Shown here: in pieces, positions 52,383 to 62,118 of the stretch
How the letters are laid out: each line of letters begins with the position of its first letter
Numbering within the stretch: the stretch's first letter is position 1
Source: Planctomycetota bacterium
GTDB taxonomy: Bacteria; Planctomycetota; UBA1135; UBA2386
Assembly: GCA_020851075.1 (NCBI GenBank)
Contig: JADZDL010000020.1
Location: 10,171 to 74,170, forward strand
DNA length: 64,000 nt
Direction: 5' to 3'
The notes under the pieces: generated by a model
Database searches by the model: none
The model's input: the letters and a program-made list of their open reading frames with translations, nothing else
Told to the model about the DNA's origin: nothing
Made by a program: the position numbers and the translations under genes

Positions 52383-53055
52383 ACAGCGCGGCGCCGACGA
52401 GCGCCGCGGTCTCGGTCCGCAGCGTATGCGGGCCGAGGCCGCGCGGTAGAAACCCCGCCGCGAGCGCGGCGTCGTGTTCGCCCGCCGAGAATCCACCTTC
52501 GGGGCCGACGAGCAGCAGGTAATCCTGCACCCCGGCCAGCGGCTGCAGCGGTGGCCCGCCAGCCGCGGCCAGGAAGCGGTGGGCCGGCAGGTCCTTCTGG
52601 GCCAGGAAATCCGCCAGCTCCTGCGCCGGTTCGATGCGGGGTAGCCACGCGCGATCGCACTGGCCGAGCGCCGCCGCGACGATCTTCTGCCAACGTTCGG
52701 GCCGTTCACCCTGCGGACGCGTGCGCGTGGTCCACAGCGGGTGGAAGACGGCGATGCCGACCTCGGTGCCGTGCTCAAACAGCCATTCGGCGCGGTTGAG
52801 TCTCGGCGGCGCAAACGCCACATGCACGCAGCGCGCGGGTGGCGGAGCCTGTTCCGAGGCCAGCACTTCGAGCTGCACCTGGTCCTTGCGGGCGCTGCGG
52901 ATCACGGCCTCGACGGTGCGGCCCCGCCCATCGCCGAGGCGGACGTGTTCGCCGACCTTGGCCCGCAGCACCGTCGCCAGATGGTGGGCGGTGTCCCCGC
53001 GCAGTTCGAACGAACCGTGGGTGGGCAGGCTATCGAGGAAATATCGTTGGGCCAT
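52369..53055 (-). CDS. rsmE: 16S rRNA (uracil1498-N3)-methyltransferase RsmE
   Basis: 228 aa from ATG 53055. N-terminus MAQRYFL.., motifs HHLATVLR and LLLVGPEGGFSAGE. Confidence 0.85.
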   Translation of the reverse strand: MAQRYFLDSLPTHGSFELRGDTAHHLATVLRAKVGEHVRLGDGRGRTVEAVIRSARKDQVQLEVLASEQAPPPARCVHVAFAPPRLNRAEWLFEHGTEVGIAVFHPLWTTRTRPQGERPERWQKIVAAALGQCDRAWLPRIEPAQELADFLAQKDLPAHRFLAAAGGPPLQPLAGVQDYLLLVGPEGGFSAGEHDAALAAGFLPRGLGPHTLRTETAALVGAALLLAQ

Positions 53056-53314
53056 GGTCCGGAACGGGCTTTGCGCAGGCGGTCGTTCTCCTTGTAGCGG
53101 CTCGTCAATCCCAGTGGGAGTGTGCGAAGTCGCAACCTGGCGCTTGCCAGATACCGCAATGCCGGTAGCTTGTACAGGTCGTCGCACCAGCCTCGCGTCC
53201 CCTGGCCTGTTGCGGCGGCGAGCCAGCCCCACTCGTTCCCACTCGCCGTGCCCGCGGCGGGTTGCCAGTCGTGCGAAGGCGCACCCCTGGTGCAAGACCC
53301 CTCACACTAGACTC

Positions 53315-55297
53315 ATGGCCAACTACGTCCTCGAGATCCTCGATGGGGATCGCGCTGGCGACGTTCTGTCTCTGTCGAGCCAACCCCTGCGGATCGGCCG
53401 CAAGCCTGGCAACGACCTGGTGCTCGCTGACGAGAAGACTTCTGGCGTTCACGCCGAAGTGGTTCTCGAAGGCGATCGCCATGTCCTGCGCGACTTGGGC
53501 TCGACCAATGGAACGTTCCTCGACGGCAAGCGCGTCACCGAACTCGTTCTCACTCCCGGCGACGTGGTGACCGTAGGTCGCCTGCGCGTCAAGTTCCGCC
53601 TCGAAGGCGAGGAAGCCGCCGGCGACGCCTCGGACCTGTCCGTGCACCGCCTCGATGCTGGACGCCTCGATGCTGGGCGGTCGGGCAAGCGCGGCGGCTC
53701 CGTCGGGTTGCTCGCGGGCCTCGTCGTGCTCGGCCTCGGGGCCGGCGGTTACCTCTGGTGGCAGGGCCGCGAGGCCGGCGACCCGGTGGAAGGCGGTGGC
53801 CGCAAGCGCGAAGCGGCGCTCGTGTTGGCCGGCAACAAGTTGCCGCAGGCCCTGGCCCAGTGTGACGTGGAAGACGGCTGGAACCTGCGCTTCCAGGGCG
53901 CTGGTTTCCAGGCCGCCACCCGCGCCCACACCGGTACGGGCGCGTTCGAGGCCTTGCGCGCCGATGGCGCCGAGGCGCCGGACTTCGCGATCGCCACGCT
54001 GGCCGAACCCATGGCGGTGCTCGGTGGCCGCACGCTCACGCTGAAGGCCTGGGCGAAGACCGACCCGAATGCCCAGGTGGCAGTGCGCGCGGTGTTCTAC
54101 GCGTCCAACGACACCAACCCGTTCCGCTTCCGCGCGGGCACGCCGTTCCAATCGAACGCGGCCTGGACGGAACAGTCGGTCGTGCTCACGGTGCCACAAG
54201 GTTGCGACCGCATGCAGGTCGAGCTCTGTGCGGCCCTCGGCGCCGCCGGCGCTTCGGCCAGCGTCGACGATGTGGCCGTCGTGGAAGCCGGCGAGGCCGC
54301 CGGCGTCGATCTCGAACTCGCGGAATCGCGGCAACGTGTGCTTGGCACGGGGTCGGCCTTCGTGGTGCGTTCGACGGACCCCGACAATCCCGCGACCTTG
54401 CTCGGCATCCTGCCCGACATCCTGCCCGACGCGCAGCCCGCCCAGCCGCCCGCCATGCTGCAGGCGCTGCACAAGGCCGGGTTTGGCTGCGTGACGGACC
54501 TCGGTGCCACGCTGAAGTGCACGGCCACCGAGCGCAGCTTCGAGTTTGCCGCGGACGGCCTCGTAGCGCTGCAGTTTGTGTTCCCGGCCGAATCGGCGGG
54601 CAGCCTGCTCGTGCGCCAGACGGCGGACGGCGCGTTTGACTCGATGGCGGCCGAATCCCAGTTCACGGCCACGACGTTGTTGCTCGGCGACCGGGACACG
54701 CGCGCGAGGCTGCAATTTGCGGCGCCCGTCGTGTGCAGCGGCAAGCTCGGCCTTGGCCTCTACCGGCTCAGTGTCGCCAGCGCTTCGGTCGAACTCGTGC
54801 TCGGCTTCCGCGCCGAAGCGAACCAGGCCGGCGAACTGCTGCGCAACGCCCGCAAGGCGCTCGAGGAAGGCAAGCCGGGGGCGGCGCTCGATCTCGTGCG
54901 GCAGATCACCTTGACCCTCCCGCACGACAGCGGCACGTTGGCCCAGGCCAGGCAACTGCGCGCGCAGATCCTCGCCGCGCAAGGGGATGTCCAGAAGACG
55001 CTGCAGAAGGACCTCGCCGAGGCGTCGTTCTTCAACACGCGGGGTGGTTTTGAACGTGTGGTGCAAGGCGCCGACCAACTGGTGGCCCTCTACGGCCAGC
55101 AGAACCTGGAGGACGCCGCGGCGGTGGAGACGTTGCGCAAGGATGCGCAGCAGCGGCTCACGGCCATGGATGCTGCCCAGCATGACACCGAACGGGCGCG
55201 GCTCGAAGCGCTCGGCAAGGCGCTCGAAGGGGCACAGCAGACCGGGCTTGCCGGTGTGGTGAAGGACTACGCGAAACGCCACCTCGGCGGGAACTAG
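53315..55297 (+). CDS. FHA-domain protein with one TM and a large extracytoplasmic region
   Basis: 660 aa. FHA core LRIGRKPGNDLVLADEKTSGVHAEVVLEGDRHVLRDLGSTNGTFLDGKRV. TM SVGLLAGLVVLGLGAGGYLWW. First gene of the pilus/T2SS-like operon. Confidence 0.85.
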   Translation: MANYVLEILDGDRAGDVLSLSSQPLRIGRKPGNDLVLADEKTSGVHAEVVLEGDRHVLRDLGSTNGTFLDGKRVTELVLTPGDVVTVGRLRVKFRLEGEEAAGDASDLSVHRLDAGRLDAGRSGKRGGSVGLLAGLVVLGLGAGGYLWWQGREAGDPVEGGGRKREAALVLAGNKLPQALAQCDVEDGWNLRFQGAGFQAATRAHTGTGAFEALRADGAEAPDFAIATLAEPMAVLGGRTLTLKAWAKTDPNAQVAVRAVFYASNDTNPFRFRAGTPFQSNAAWTEQSVVLTVPQGCDRMQVELCAALGAAGASASVDDVAVVEAGEAAGVDLELAESRQRVLGTGSAFVVRSTDPDNPATLLGILPDILPDAQPAQPPAMLQALHKAGFGCVTDLGATLKCTATERSFEFAADGLVALQFVFPAESAGSLLVRQTADGAFDSMAAESQFTATTLLLGDRDTRARLQFAAPVVCSGKLGLGLYRLSVASASVELVLGFRAEANQAGELLRNARKALEEGKPGAALDLVRQITLTLPHDSGTLAQARQLRAQILAAQGDVQKTLQKDLAEASFFNTRGGFERVVQGADQLVALYGQQNLEDAAAVETLRKDAQQRLTAMDAAQHDTERARLEALGKALEGAQQTGLAGVVKDYAKRHLGGN

Positions 55298-55308
55298 GAG
55301 ACTCTCTC

Positions 55309-56925
55309 ATGGCCAACAAAGCCACTGCTGTCGACCTTGGCAGCCACAGTGCCAAGGTGCTCATCGCCGAAGCCGGCAAGCACGGAGTGAAGGTTGTTCG
55401 TTTCGCGGGTTTGCCGCGCGGCGAAGGCGAAGCGGCCGTTTCGCTGCGGCAGGCGGGCATTCCGCTGGCCGCGAGCCTGTGCGGCCTCAGCGGCCGCGAC
55501 ATGACCCTGCGCTACAGCCAGGTGCCGCCAACGCCAGACTGGCAGTTGCGCAACCTCATGGATCTCGAGATCCAGGACCTTGCGCAGCAGTCCGGCGGCA
55601 CGTTGTCCGCGGACTACAACCTGTTGCCCGCGCAGGATCCGGAAGCCGGCGTCGAGACCGTGCTGCTCGCGCTCGCGAAGGACGAAGCGCTCGAACGCCT
55701 GCAGGGTGAGATCACGTCGGGCGGCGGCTCGGTAGCGGCGTTCGTGCCCAACTGCACGGCGCTCTACAACGCCTACCTGAAGTGTGGGCCCGTCGAAGCC
55801 GACGCGGTGGTGTGCCTCGCCAACATCGGCCACGAGACGATCGATATCGCGCTCGTGAAGGGCACCGACCTGCTGATTGCGCGCAATCTGAGCGGCGGCA
55901 CCAAGGTGCTCGATGACGCGATTGGCGCCTCGTTCAACGTCAGCGGTCGCAAGGCCGAGGCGTTGAAGAAGGACCTGCTCGACCTCGATCCGCAGAGCCG
56001 CGGCCGCTACGCGAGCGGTCAGGCCGAGAAGGTCACGATGGCGGCCGGCGGGGCCGCACAGTCGATCAGCGCCGCGATCCAGAGTTCGTTGTCGTTCTGC
56101 AAGATGCAGACGAAGATCGCCGACCTGCGCCTCGACAAGGTGCTCCTCAGCGGCGGTGGTGCCCGTCTGCGCGGCCTGCGCGGCATGCTGCGCGAAGCGT
56201 TGCGCTGCCCGATCGAGCTGTTCGACCCGTTCGCCAACCTCGACCTGTCGGCCCTGCCGGCGGCGGACGCCGAACAGTTGCAGGCGATGCGGCACGAGGC
56301 CGTGGTCGCCCTTGGCCTTGCCGTCGGCCGCCTCGACGACACGCTGTATTCGCTCGAGATCCTGCCCGAAGCCGTGAAGAAGCGCCTGCGCTTCCAGCAG
56401 CGCACGGTTTGGAACATCCTCGCGGGCGCCATCGCCGTGGGGGTGTTGGCACTCGTGGCGGTCGACGCGAAGAAGAGTGTGGAGACCGCCCAGATGCGCA
56501 CGTCGGCGCTGCGGCGCGAGTCGAGTTCGATCACCCAGACGCACCAGACCGCTACCGAGGCGATCGAAGCCAACAAGGTCGAACGCGCCATCGTCGACCA
56601 CCTCGCGACCCAGGCCCTGCCCGGCAACGGCTTGTTGCGCACGATGCGCGCGGTCGGCAAGTACCTGCCGCCGGAGCTGTGGATCACGAAGATCGACGTT
56701 GGCGGCGTCGGTCAGGGGTCGCAGAAGAAGCGGCCCGTCGTCAAGATCGAAGGTGGCGGCAAGGAAGTGAATGGGGTGAACGCCAGTCGTGTCTTCCAGG
56801 AGGACTTCTACTCGCCGTTGCGCCGGGAGCTCGAGCAGTCCGGCGCCAAGGTGACGGTGGAGCCGACTCCCAAGGCGGATAGCATCCAGTTCAAGATCAC
56901 GGTCGAGTTTGGAGAGGGCAAGTAA
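55309..56925 (+). CDS. PilM-PilN fusion (GspL-like architecture): actin-like ATPase domain + TM + PilN-type periplasmic domain
   Basis: N-terminus AVDLGSHSAKVLIAE, LSGGGARLRGL, TM WNILAGAIAVGVLALVAV, then a coiled coil and a PilN-like LPPELWITKIDV...IKIEGGG segment. Confidence 0.8.
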   Translation: MANKATAVDLGSHSAKVLIAEAGKHGVKVVRFAGLPRGEGEAAVSLRQAGIPLAASLCGLSGRDMTLRYSQVPPTPDWQLRNLMDLEIQDLAQQSGGTLSADYNLLPAQDPEAGVETVLLALAKDEALERLQGEITSGGGSVAAFVPNCTALYNAYLKCGPVEADAVVCLANIGHETIDIALVKGTDLLIARNLSGGTKVLDDAIGASFNVSGRKAEALKKDLLDLDPQSRGRYASGQAEKVTMAAGGAAQSISAAIQSSLSFCKMQTKIADLRLDKVLLSGGGARLRGLRGMLREALRCPIELFDPFANLDLSALPAADAEQLQAMRHEAVVALGLAVGRLDDTLYSLEILPEAVKKRLRFQQRTVWNILAGAIAVGVLALVAVDAKKSVETAQMRTSALRRESSSITQTHQTATEAIEANKVERAIVDHLATQALPGNGLLRTMRAVGKYLPPELWITKIDVGGVGQGSQKKRPVVKIEGGGKEVNGVNASRVFQEDFYSPLRRELEQSGAKVTVEPTPKADSIQFKITVEFGEGK

Positions 56926-57734
56926 TGGACGTCGGCTCCTTCGTTCAGGAAAACAAGCGTTGGTTGATCGGCTGCGCCATCGGTGGCCTCGCCTTCCTCA
57001 TCGCCAACATCGTCATCGGCTCGATCTACAACGCGGGTGCCGAGCAGAGCACCGCGGCCGGCCTCATGCGGGCCGCCAGCAAGAACGATGTCTACCCCAA
57101 AGCCGCCGTGGAGGCCGCGCGCGAAGAGGCGGAGTTGCTCCAGAAGGAGCGCGAGCGCCTGCAGGCGGAACTCGCGTTTGTGCCTTCGGCGACCTACCAG
57201 CTCGCGGGCAAGGGCGCCGCGGACGAATACATGTTCCAGGTCGGTCGCACGCTGAAGACCAAGGTGCTCAACCTTGCGGGCGAACGGGATGTTCAGCTCG
57301 CCGAGAAGGACGTATCGTGGCCGCCGGTCACGGGGCTCGATGAAATCCGCGGCGTGCTGTTCGGCCTCGAACTGCTCGACGAAGCGTCGCAGCGGCTGTT
57401 TGCCGCCCACGATGCGGTGCGCAGCGCGAACCCCGATGCGATGGGGTTGCGCGCCATCCTGCAGCTGAAGACCGACGATCGGCGAGCCCAGCGCGGCCAA
57501 GGTCGCGGTGGCCGGCCCGGCGAAGTGTCGCTCGGCGACTACGTTGTGCAGGAGCGACTGCTGTTCCAGTTCCAATCCGATGCGGCCACGCTGGCGGCGT
57601 TCCTCGAAGCCTGCCGCAAGCCGGGGCGCACACTCACGATCGAAACCGTGACGGTCACACAACCACAGCGTTTGGGGGATCCGGTGCAGGTGAAGGGCAG
57701 CTTGCAAGGCATCGCCTTCAAGGAGGCGAAGTAG
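56925..57734 (+). CDS. PilO/GspM-like bitopic assembly protein
   Basis: 269 aa. One TM (WLIGCAIGGLAFLIANIVIGSI), then a coiled coil and an alpha/beta C-domain. Start overlaps the upstream stop (TAATG). Confidence 0.5.
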   Translation: MDVGSFVQENKRWLIGCAIGGLAFLIANIVIGSIYNAGAEQSTAAGLMRAASKNDVYPKAAVEAAREEAELLQKERERLQAELAFVPSATYQLAGKGAADEYMFQVGRTLKTKVLNLAGERDVQLAEKDVSWPPVTGLDEIRGVLFGLELLDEASQRLFAAHDAVRSANPDAMGLRAILQLKTDDRRAQRGQGRGGRPGEVSLGDYVVQERLLFQFQSDAATLAAFLEACRKPGRTLTIETVTVTQPQRLGDPVQVKGSLQGIAFKEAK

Positions 57735-57736
57735 TC

Positions 57737-60433
57737 ATGGCCATTCGCAAGGAACAAGTCCTCGCCCTGCTGGTGCTCGGCATCAGCGGCTGGATCTACA
57801 GCGGTCTTGGTGCCGAGGTCGCCGGGGGCAACAAGTTGTCACCCAAGCGGCTCGAGTACACGGCGACGCCCGTGGTCTCGGCACCCCTCGCGGGGGCCGC
57901 AGAAGGCAAGTTTGCGCGGCTCGAGCTGTTTGCCGAGCCTCGCGAGACACGCGCGCTGCCACCGCGCGAGCTGGCCTTTCCCGCACACGCGCCGTTGTCC
58001 GTGACGGCTCTGCCACTCGAGCCCGGCCCCGACTACGCGCATGCGCTGTTGCTGCGCGAAGACGGGTCGATGGTGGCGGACGTCGTGGTGAAGTCCTCGA
58101 CCGAGGTGGCCGCCGCCGCGGCCGAACCGGAAGCCGAAGCGACGCCGGCGGTAGGCGCGGGGCAGAACCGCGAGCAGTTGGCGAAGACCTACGACCAGTT
58201 GTTCTTCGAAGGTCTCACGGCGCCGAACTACGGCATCGTCGACGAAGTGGTGGGGGTCAATCGGTACGACGCCGAGAAGATGACGGACTTCAGCTCCGTC
58301 GTCGTGCGCTTCCGCCAGTACTCGACGACGACGGGCAAGACCGGCGCGTCCGTGAACTACGACCAGAACCGCGTCCAGAAGGTGCGCGCCATCAAACTGG
58401 CCGACACCCTTCGCAACGAAGTCGCACGGCATGTTCGCGAAGTGCCGGCGGATGCTGCGCACAACAACGAGCGCGGCCAGCTCATCACGTGGTTGCTCGG
58501 CAAGGCCCGCGACGCGGCCTGGGTCTACGACGAAGCTCTGCAGCAGGCCGAGATCTACACGCAGTCCAATCCTGGCACGCTCGATGGTCTGCGGTGGCAG
58601 TTGCGCGTGCTGCAGGCCAAGGGTGACCTCGCCGGCGAGTTTGCCTTGCTCGAGGGCATTGCCGGCGACCAACGCGAATCCGCGTTCCGCTACGAAGGCC
58701 TCGGGCTCGTGAAGGCGAAGCTCGGTCTGTGGAGTGATGCGGAGCAGGACCTGCGCCGCGCCGTCGAACTCGGCCGCAACGACGCGCGTGCCCACGCGTC
58801 GCTGGCTTCGTTCCTCGTTGCGCGCGGCCGCAGTCGCGAGGCGATGGCCCCGGCGTTGCGCGCCGAGCAGTCCCTCGGCACCCTGGCGGAGGCCAACGAC
58901 AAGGTGCGCGCCGTGCGCGCGATCGTCAGTTGCCACCTGGCACTCGGCGAGATCGAGGCGGCCCGCACGGCGATGGCGCTGTTGCCTGGCGACCGAGCCC
59001 AGCCCTACCTCGCCGGCTGCATTGCCTATGCCGAGGGCGACCTGGCTAAGGCCCTCGGCGCCTTCCGGCAGGCCAGCGTCGGCGAACACGGCAGCGCCGC
59101 CTTGCTCGGCCAGGCGGCCGTGCTGCTGCGGCAGCAACAGTGGCAGGATGCGCACGATGGTTTCCTCGCCGTGGCCGACCAGGCGCCGTTGCTGCGCCAC
59201 CGGGCGTGGGCGGGGCTCGCGTTGCTCTACCAGCGCATTGGCCAATACGACCAGTCGATGCAGTGGATCGATCGTGCACTCGAGGCCGATCCGCAGGATC
59301 CGTACTGCCACTACCTGCGCGGTCGCACCCTGCGCCTGCAAGGACAACTGGCTGGCGCTCAGGAATCGTTGACGTCCGCGCTGGCCTTGCGCGATGACTT
59401 CGTGCCCGCCGTGGCGGAGATGGCGGCCGTGCAGAGTGCGCGCGCCGAAGGTGCGCGCGGCGAAGAGCAGGCGACGGCCGTGTTGTGGGCCATGCGTTAT
59501 GGCGGTCGTGCCGTCGATCTCGCGTTCCGGCCCGAGGTCGAGCTGTTCGAGCAGCAGGGCAGGTACCAGTTTGCCGCGGGCAGCGTGGTGGACGCGAAGG
59601 CTTCCTTCGAGAAGGCGCGCGACACGGCCCCCGACGACGCGGCCAAGCTGTTTGCCAAGGGCGCGCTCGCCGTGGTCGACTACAGCCGCGGGCAGGTCGA
59701 CGACGCCGTGGCGGCGCTGCAGCGCTTCAGTGAGCTGCCGAAGGACGCGCCGATGCGCAAGTGGGCCGAGGAGACCGTGCAGGCGATCGACGACCACGCC
59801 CAGAAGGAGATGCTCGAAGACCGCTTCGAACGCGACGATCTGGGTGGTATCTGGCCGGTCGAGGTGGACGGTGGCCTGAAGGCGCAGACCAAGGACAACC
59901 GCCTTCTCTTCAAGGGGCAGTTCACGAAGGCCGGGGAGGTCTCGACCGAACGTTCCGGTGCCGTGCAGCGCTCCCGCAACTTCCTCGCCGTCGGTATCAC
60001 GATGCAGTTTGGCAAGGATCAGCCACGCAGCGCTGGTTTTGCCGGTCTGCGCATCGAGACGCAGAAGGGCAGCACCGGGCAGCCGGATACCCAGGTCATG
60101 GTCGGCATCCGCGACGGCAAACCACACGTGCGCATCGTCGACAGCCGCGAGGAACCCAAGGTCAAGGACCTGGACCTGCCAGGTTTTGACCTCGCGGCAC
60201 CGCAAGAACTCGAACTGCGTCTCGTGCCGCGCGGCGAACAGACGCTGCGCGCGTTTGCGATCCAGGTCCGCTGGAACGGGATCCTGCAGTGGGAACAGGA
60301 ACTGAAGGGCCTCGGTGGCAGCAGTGGCAACGAGCTGCGCACGATCCTGTTCGTGCAGGGCAGCAAGGGCAGCGCCGTGGATGTCGCCTTCGATGACTAC
60401 CGGCTCGAACGCCGCAAGGAGATCACCCGATGA
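57737..60433 (+). CDS. N-terminally anchored TPR-repeat protein with C-terminal beta-sandwich (LamG-like) region
   Basis: 898 aa. TM VLALLVLGISGWIY. Multiple TPR units in the middle. The C-terminal ~200 aa are beta-rich (LFKGQFTKAGE...VAFDDYRLE). Confidence 0.7.
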   Translation: MAIRKEQVLALLVLGISGWIYSGLGAEVAGGNKLSPKRLEYTATPVVSAPLAGAAEGKFARLELFAEPRETRALPPRELAFPAHAPLSVTALPLEPGPDYAHALLLREDGSMVADVVVKSSTEVAAAAAEPEAEATPAVGAGQNREQLAKTYDQLFFEGLTAPNYGIVDEVVGVNRYDAEKMTDFSSVVVRFRQYSTTTGKTGASVNYDQNRVQKVRAIKLADTLRNEVARHVREVPADAAHNNERGQLITWLLGKARDAAWVYDEALQQAEIYTQSNPGTLDGLRWQLRVLQAKGDLAGEFALLEGIAGDQRESAFRYEGLGLVKAKLGLWSDAEQDLRRAVELGRNDARAHASLASFLVARGRSREAMAPALRAEQSLGTLAEANDKVRAVRAIVSCHLALGEIEAARTAMALLPGDRAQPYLAGCIAYAEGDLAKALGAFRQASVGEHGSAALLGQAAVLLRQQQWQDAHDGFLAVADQAPLLRHRAWAGLALLYQRIGQYDQSMQWIDRALEADPQDPYCHYLRGRTLRLQGQLAGAQESLTSALALRDDFVPAVAEMAAVQSARAEGARGEEQATAVLWAMRYGGRAVDLAFRPEVELFEQQGRYQFAAGSVVDAKASFEKARDTAPDDAAKLFAKGALAVVDYSRGQVDDAVAALQRFSELPKDAPMRKWAEETVQAIDDHAQKEMLEDRFERDDLGGIWPVEVDGGLKAQTKDNRLLFKGQFTKAGEVSTERSGAVQRSRNFLAVGITMQFGKDQPRSAGFAGLRIETQKGSTGQPDTQVMVGIRDGKPHVRIVDSREEPKVKDLDLPGFDLAAPQELELRLVPRGEQTLRAFAIQVRWNGILQWEQELKGLGGSSGNELRTILFVQGSKGSAVDVAFDDYRLERRKEITR

Positions 60434-61095
60434 AAACACGCAAGGACTTGGGTTCCACGGTCGGCACGGCGCGCACACCGGGGAACGTCGGTTTCACCCT
60501 GATCGAACTGCTGATCGTGATCTCCATCCTCGGGCTGCTCGCGGCCGTGCTGCTGCCGAACATTCTCGGTGTCACGCAAGCTGCGAAGGACACCGAGACC
60601 GAGGCGACGATGCTGCGGCTCAGCACGGGTTGCGGCACCTTTGAGCGCAAGCACAACTACTTCCCGCCCGACGACCTCAAGTGGCCCGACGCGGAGAAGA
60701 AGACCCCGTGGAAGCCCGACAACGGCCAGAACACGGGCATCGAGTCGCTGGTCTGCTTCCTGAGCCAATCGCGCGCCGACGGCGAAGACCTCGCGGACCT
60801 CAGCAAGCGCTTCACGAACACCGACAACGACGACCACGGTGTCGACATGCCGACCTTGCAGCGCAAGGACCGCCTGGAGCTCGCGGACGCCTGGGGCACG
60901 CCGCTCGTCTACTTCGGCAAGTTCGGCATGGCCAAACAAGCGACGGTCGCGATCGCCGAAGGGGAGACCCAGTTCGCCAAGGCGAAGAAGCGCGACGATG
61001 GCCGGCCCTACGGGGACGGCAAGTTCCAGATCCTGAGTGCCGGCCGGGACATGATCTTTGGCACCGACGATGACCTCGTCTGGCCGAAGAACTAG
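60430..61095 (+). CDS. type II secretion major pseudopilin, GspG-like
   Basis: Prepilin leader and cleavage site G/FTLIELLIVISILGLLAAVLLP. C-terminus ILSAGRDMIFGTDDDLVWP is GspG-like. ATGA overlap with the upstream gene. Confidence 0.8.
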   Translation: MKTRKDLGSTVGTARTPGNVGFTLIELLIVISILGLLAAVLLPNILGVTQAAKDTETEATMLRLSTGCGTFERKHNYFPPDDLKWPDAEKKTPWKPDNGQNTGIESLVCFLSQSRADGEDLADLSKRFTNTDNDDHGVDMPTLQRKDRLELADAWGTPLVYFGKFGMAKQATVAIAEGETQFAKAKKRDDGRPYGDGKFQILSAGRDMIFGTDDDLVWPKN

Positions 61096-61143
61096 TAACT
61101 GCGCCGGTCCCAACCGCATTGCCTGCCCAAGGGACGTAGCCTG

Positions 61144-62118
61144 ATGTTCTTCCAGAATGGCATGAATGCAGCCGAAGTGGCGCGCCGAAAGGCCGCCGCG
61201 GGCGGGTTTACGCTCATCGAGCTGCTCGTCGTCAGCGCCGTGCTCGCGACCCTGTTTGGGCTCGCGGTTGGGTTCCTCGGCCGCACCGACCCGAAGAACG
61301 TCGCCGATTCGGTGCTCGCGGGCGAGATCCGCTCGGCGCAACTCACGGCGCGCGCCGAAGGGTTGCCGACCGAGGTCTTCGTGCGGCCCGGCCAGGACGG
61401 CGCTTCGGCGTCGGTGCAGTCGCGCCTGCTGCAGCCCGTCGTCACGTTCCATCTGGAGCCCGGCGAAGGGGTGCTCGACGAGTCGTTGCGTCCCACGGTC
61501 GGCGGCGAAGACGTCGCCAATGGGCGCTTCGGGCATGCGCGGCGCAACCGCGAAGGGGACAAGGCGCCGATCCTGCGGTGGCCGGTGCGCCCCAACGTCA
61601 TCGACCTGCGCGAGGGCCTCGCAATCCGGCTCGATCTCTGGCTCGAAAACCGCACGGCGTGCACGGTGTGGCGTCTCGGTGGGCTCGGGGAGCTGCAGCT
61701 CGATGATGACCTGAAGCCCAAAGCCCGCCTGCGCCTCACGGGCGGCGCCGCCGGCAACACGCCGACGGTCGCTCTCGCCGGCAAGCTCGCGTTGCCGCTG
61801 CGCCGCTGGTGCACGATCGATGTCGCCTGTGATGGGCGCGCCGCGTGGATCACCGTCGATGGCCGCGAACTCGATCGCGCCCCCGCCGAAGGCCAACCGC
61901 TGCACGGCGAGGACGACGTTTTCGATGTGTCGCCGGGGGATGCACCCGTGCCGGGCCTCGTCGACGAAGTGCGCATGATGGCCTACGTGTTTGGCACGGC
62001 CCAGACCTTGCCAAACCTGCTGCAGCCCGACCGCGTCTACCGGCTCGCTTTCGATTCGCGCGGCCAGCCCATCGGTTCCACCGCCGTGAAACTCCTGATG
62101 CCGGAGGAACGTCCATGA
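61144..62118 (+). CDS. pseudopilin with C-terminal LamG/concanavalin-like domain
   Basis: Prepilin motif GG/FTLIELLVVSAVLATLFGL, followed by a ~250-aa beta-rich domain ending in VDEVRM (the LamG-type 'DEVRI' motif). Confidence 0.7.
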   Translation: MFFQNGMNAAEVARRKAAAGGFTLIELLVVSAVLATLFGLAVGFLGRTDPKNVADSVLAGEIRSAQLTARAEGLPTEVFVRPGQDGASASVQSRLLQPVVTFHLEPGEGVLDESLRPTVGGEDVANGRFGHARRNREGDKAPILRWPVRPNVIDLREGLAIRLDLWLENRTACTVWRLGGLGELQLDDDLKPKARLRLTGGAAGNTPTVALAGKLALPLRRWCTIDVACDGRAAWITVDGRELDRAPAEGQPLHGEDDVFDVSPGDAPVPGLVDEVRMMAYVFGTAQTLPNLLQPDRVYRLAFDSRGQPIGSTAVKLLMPEERP

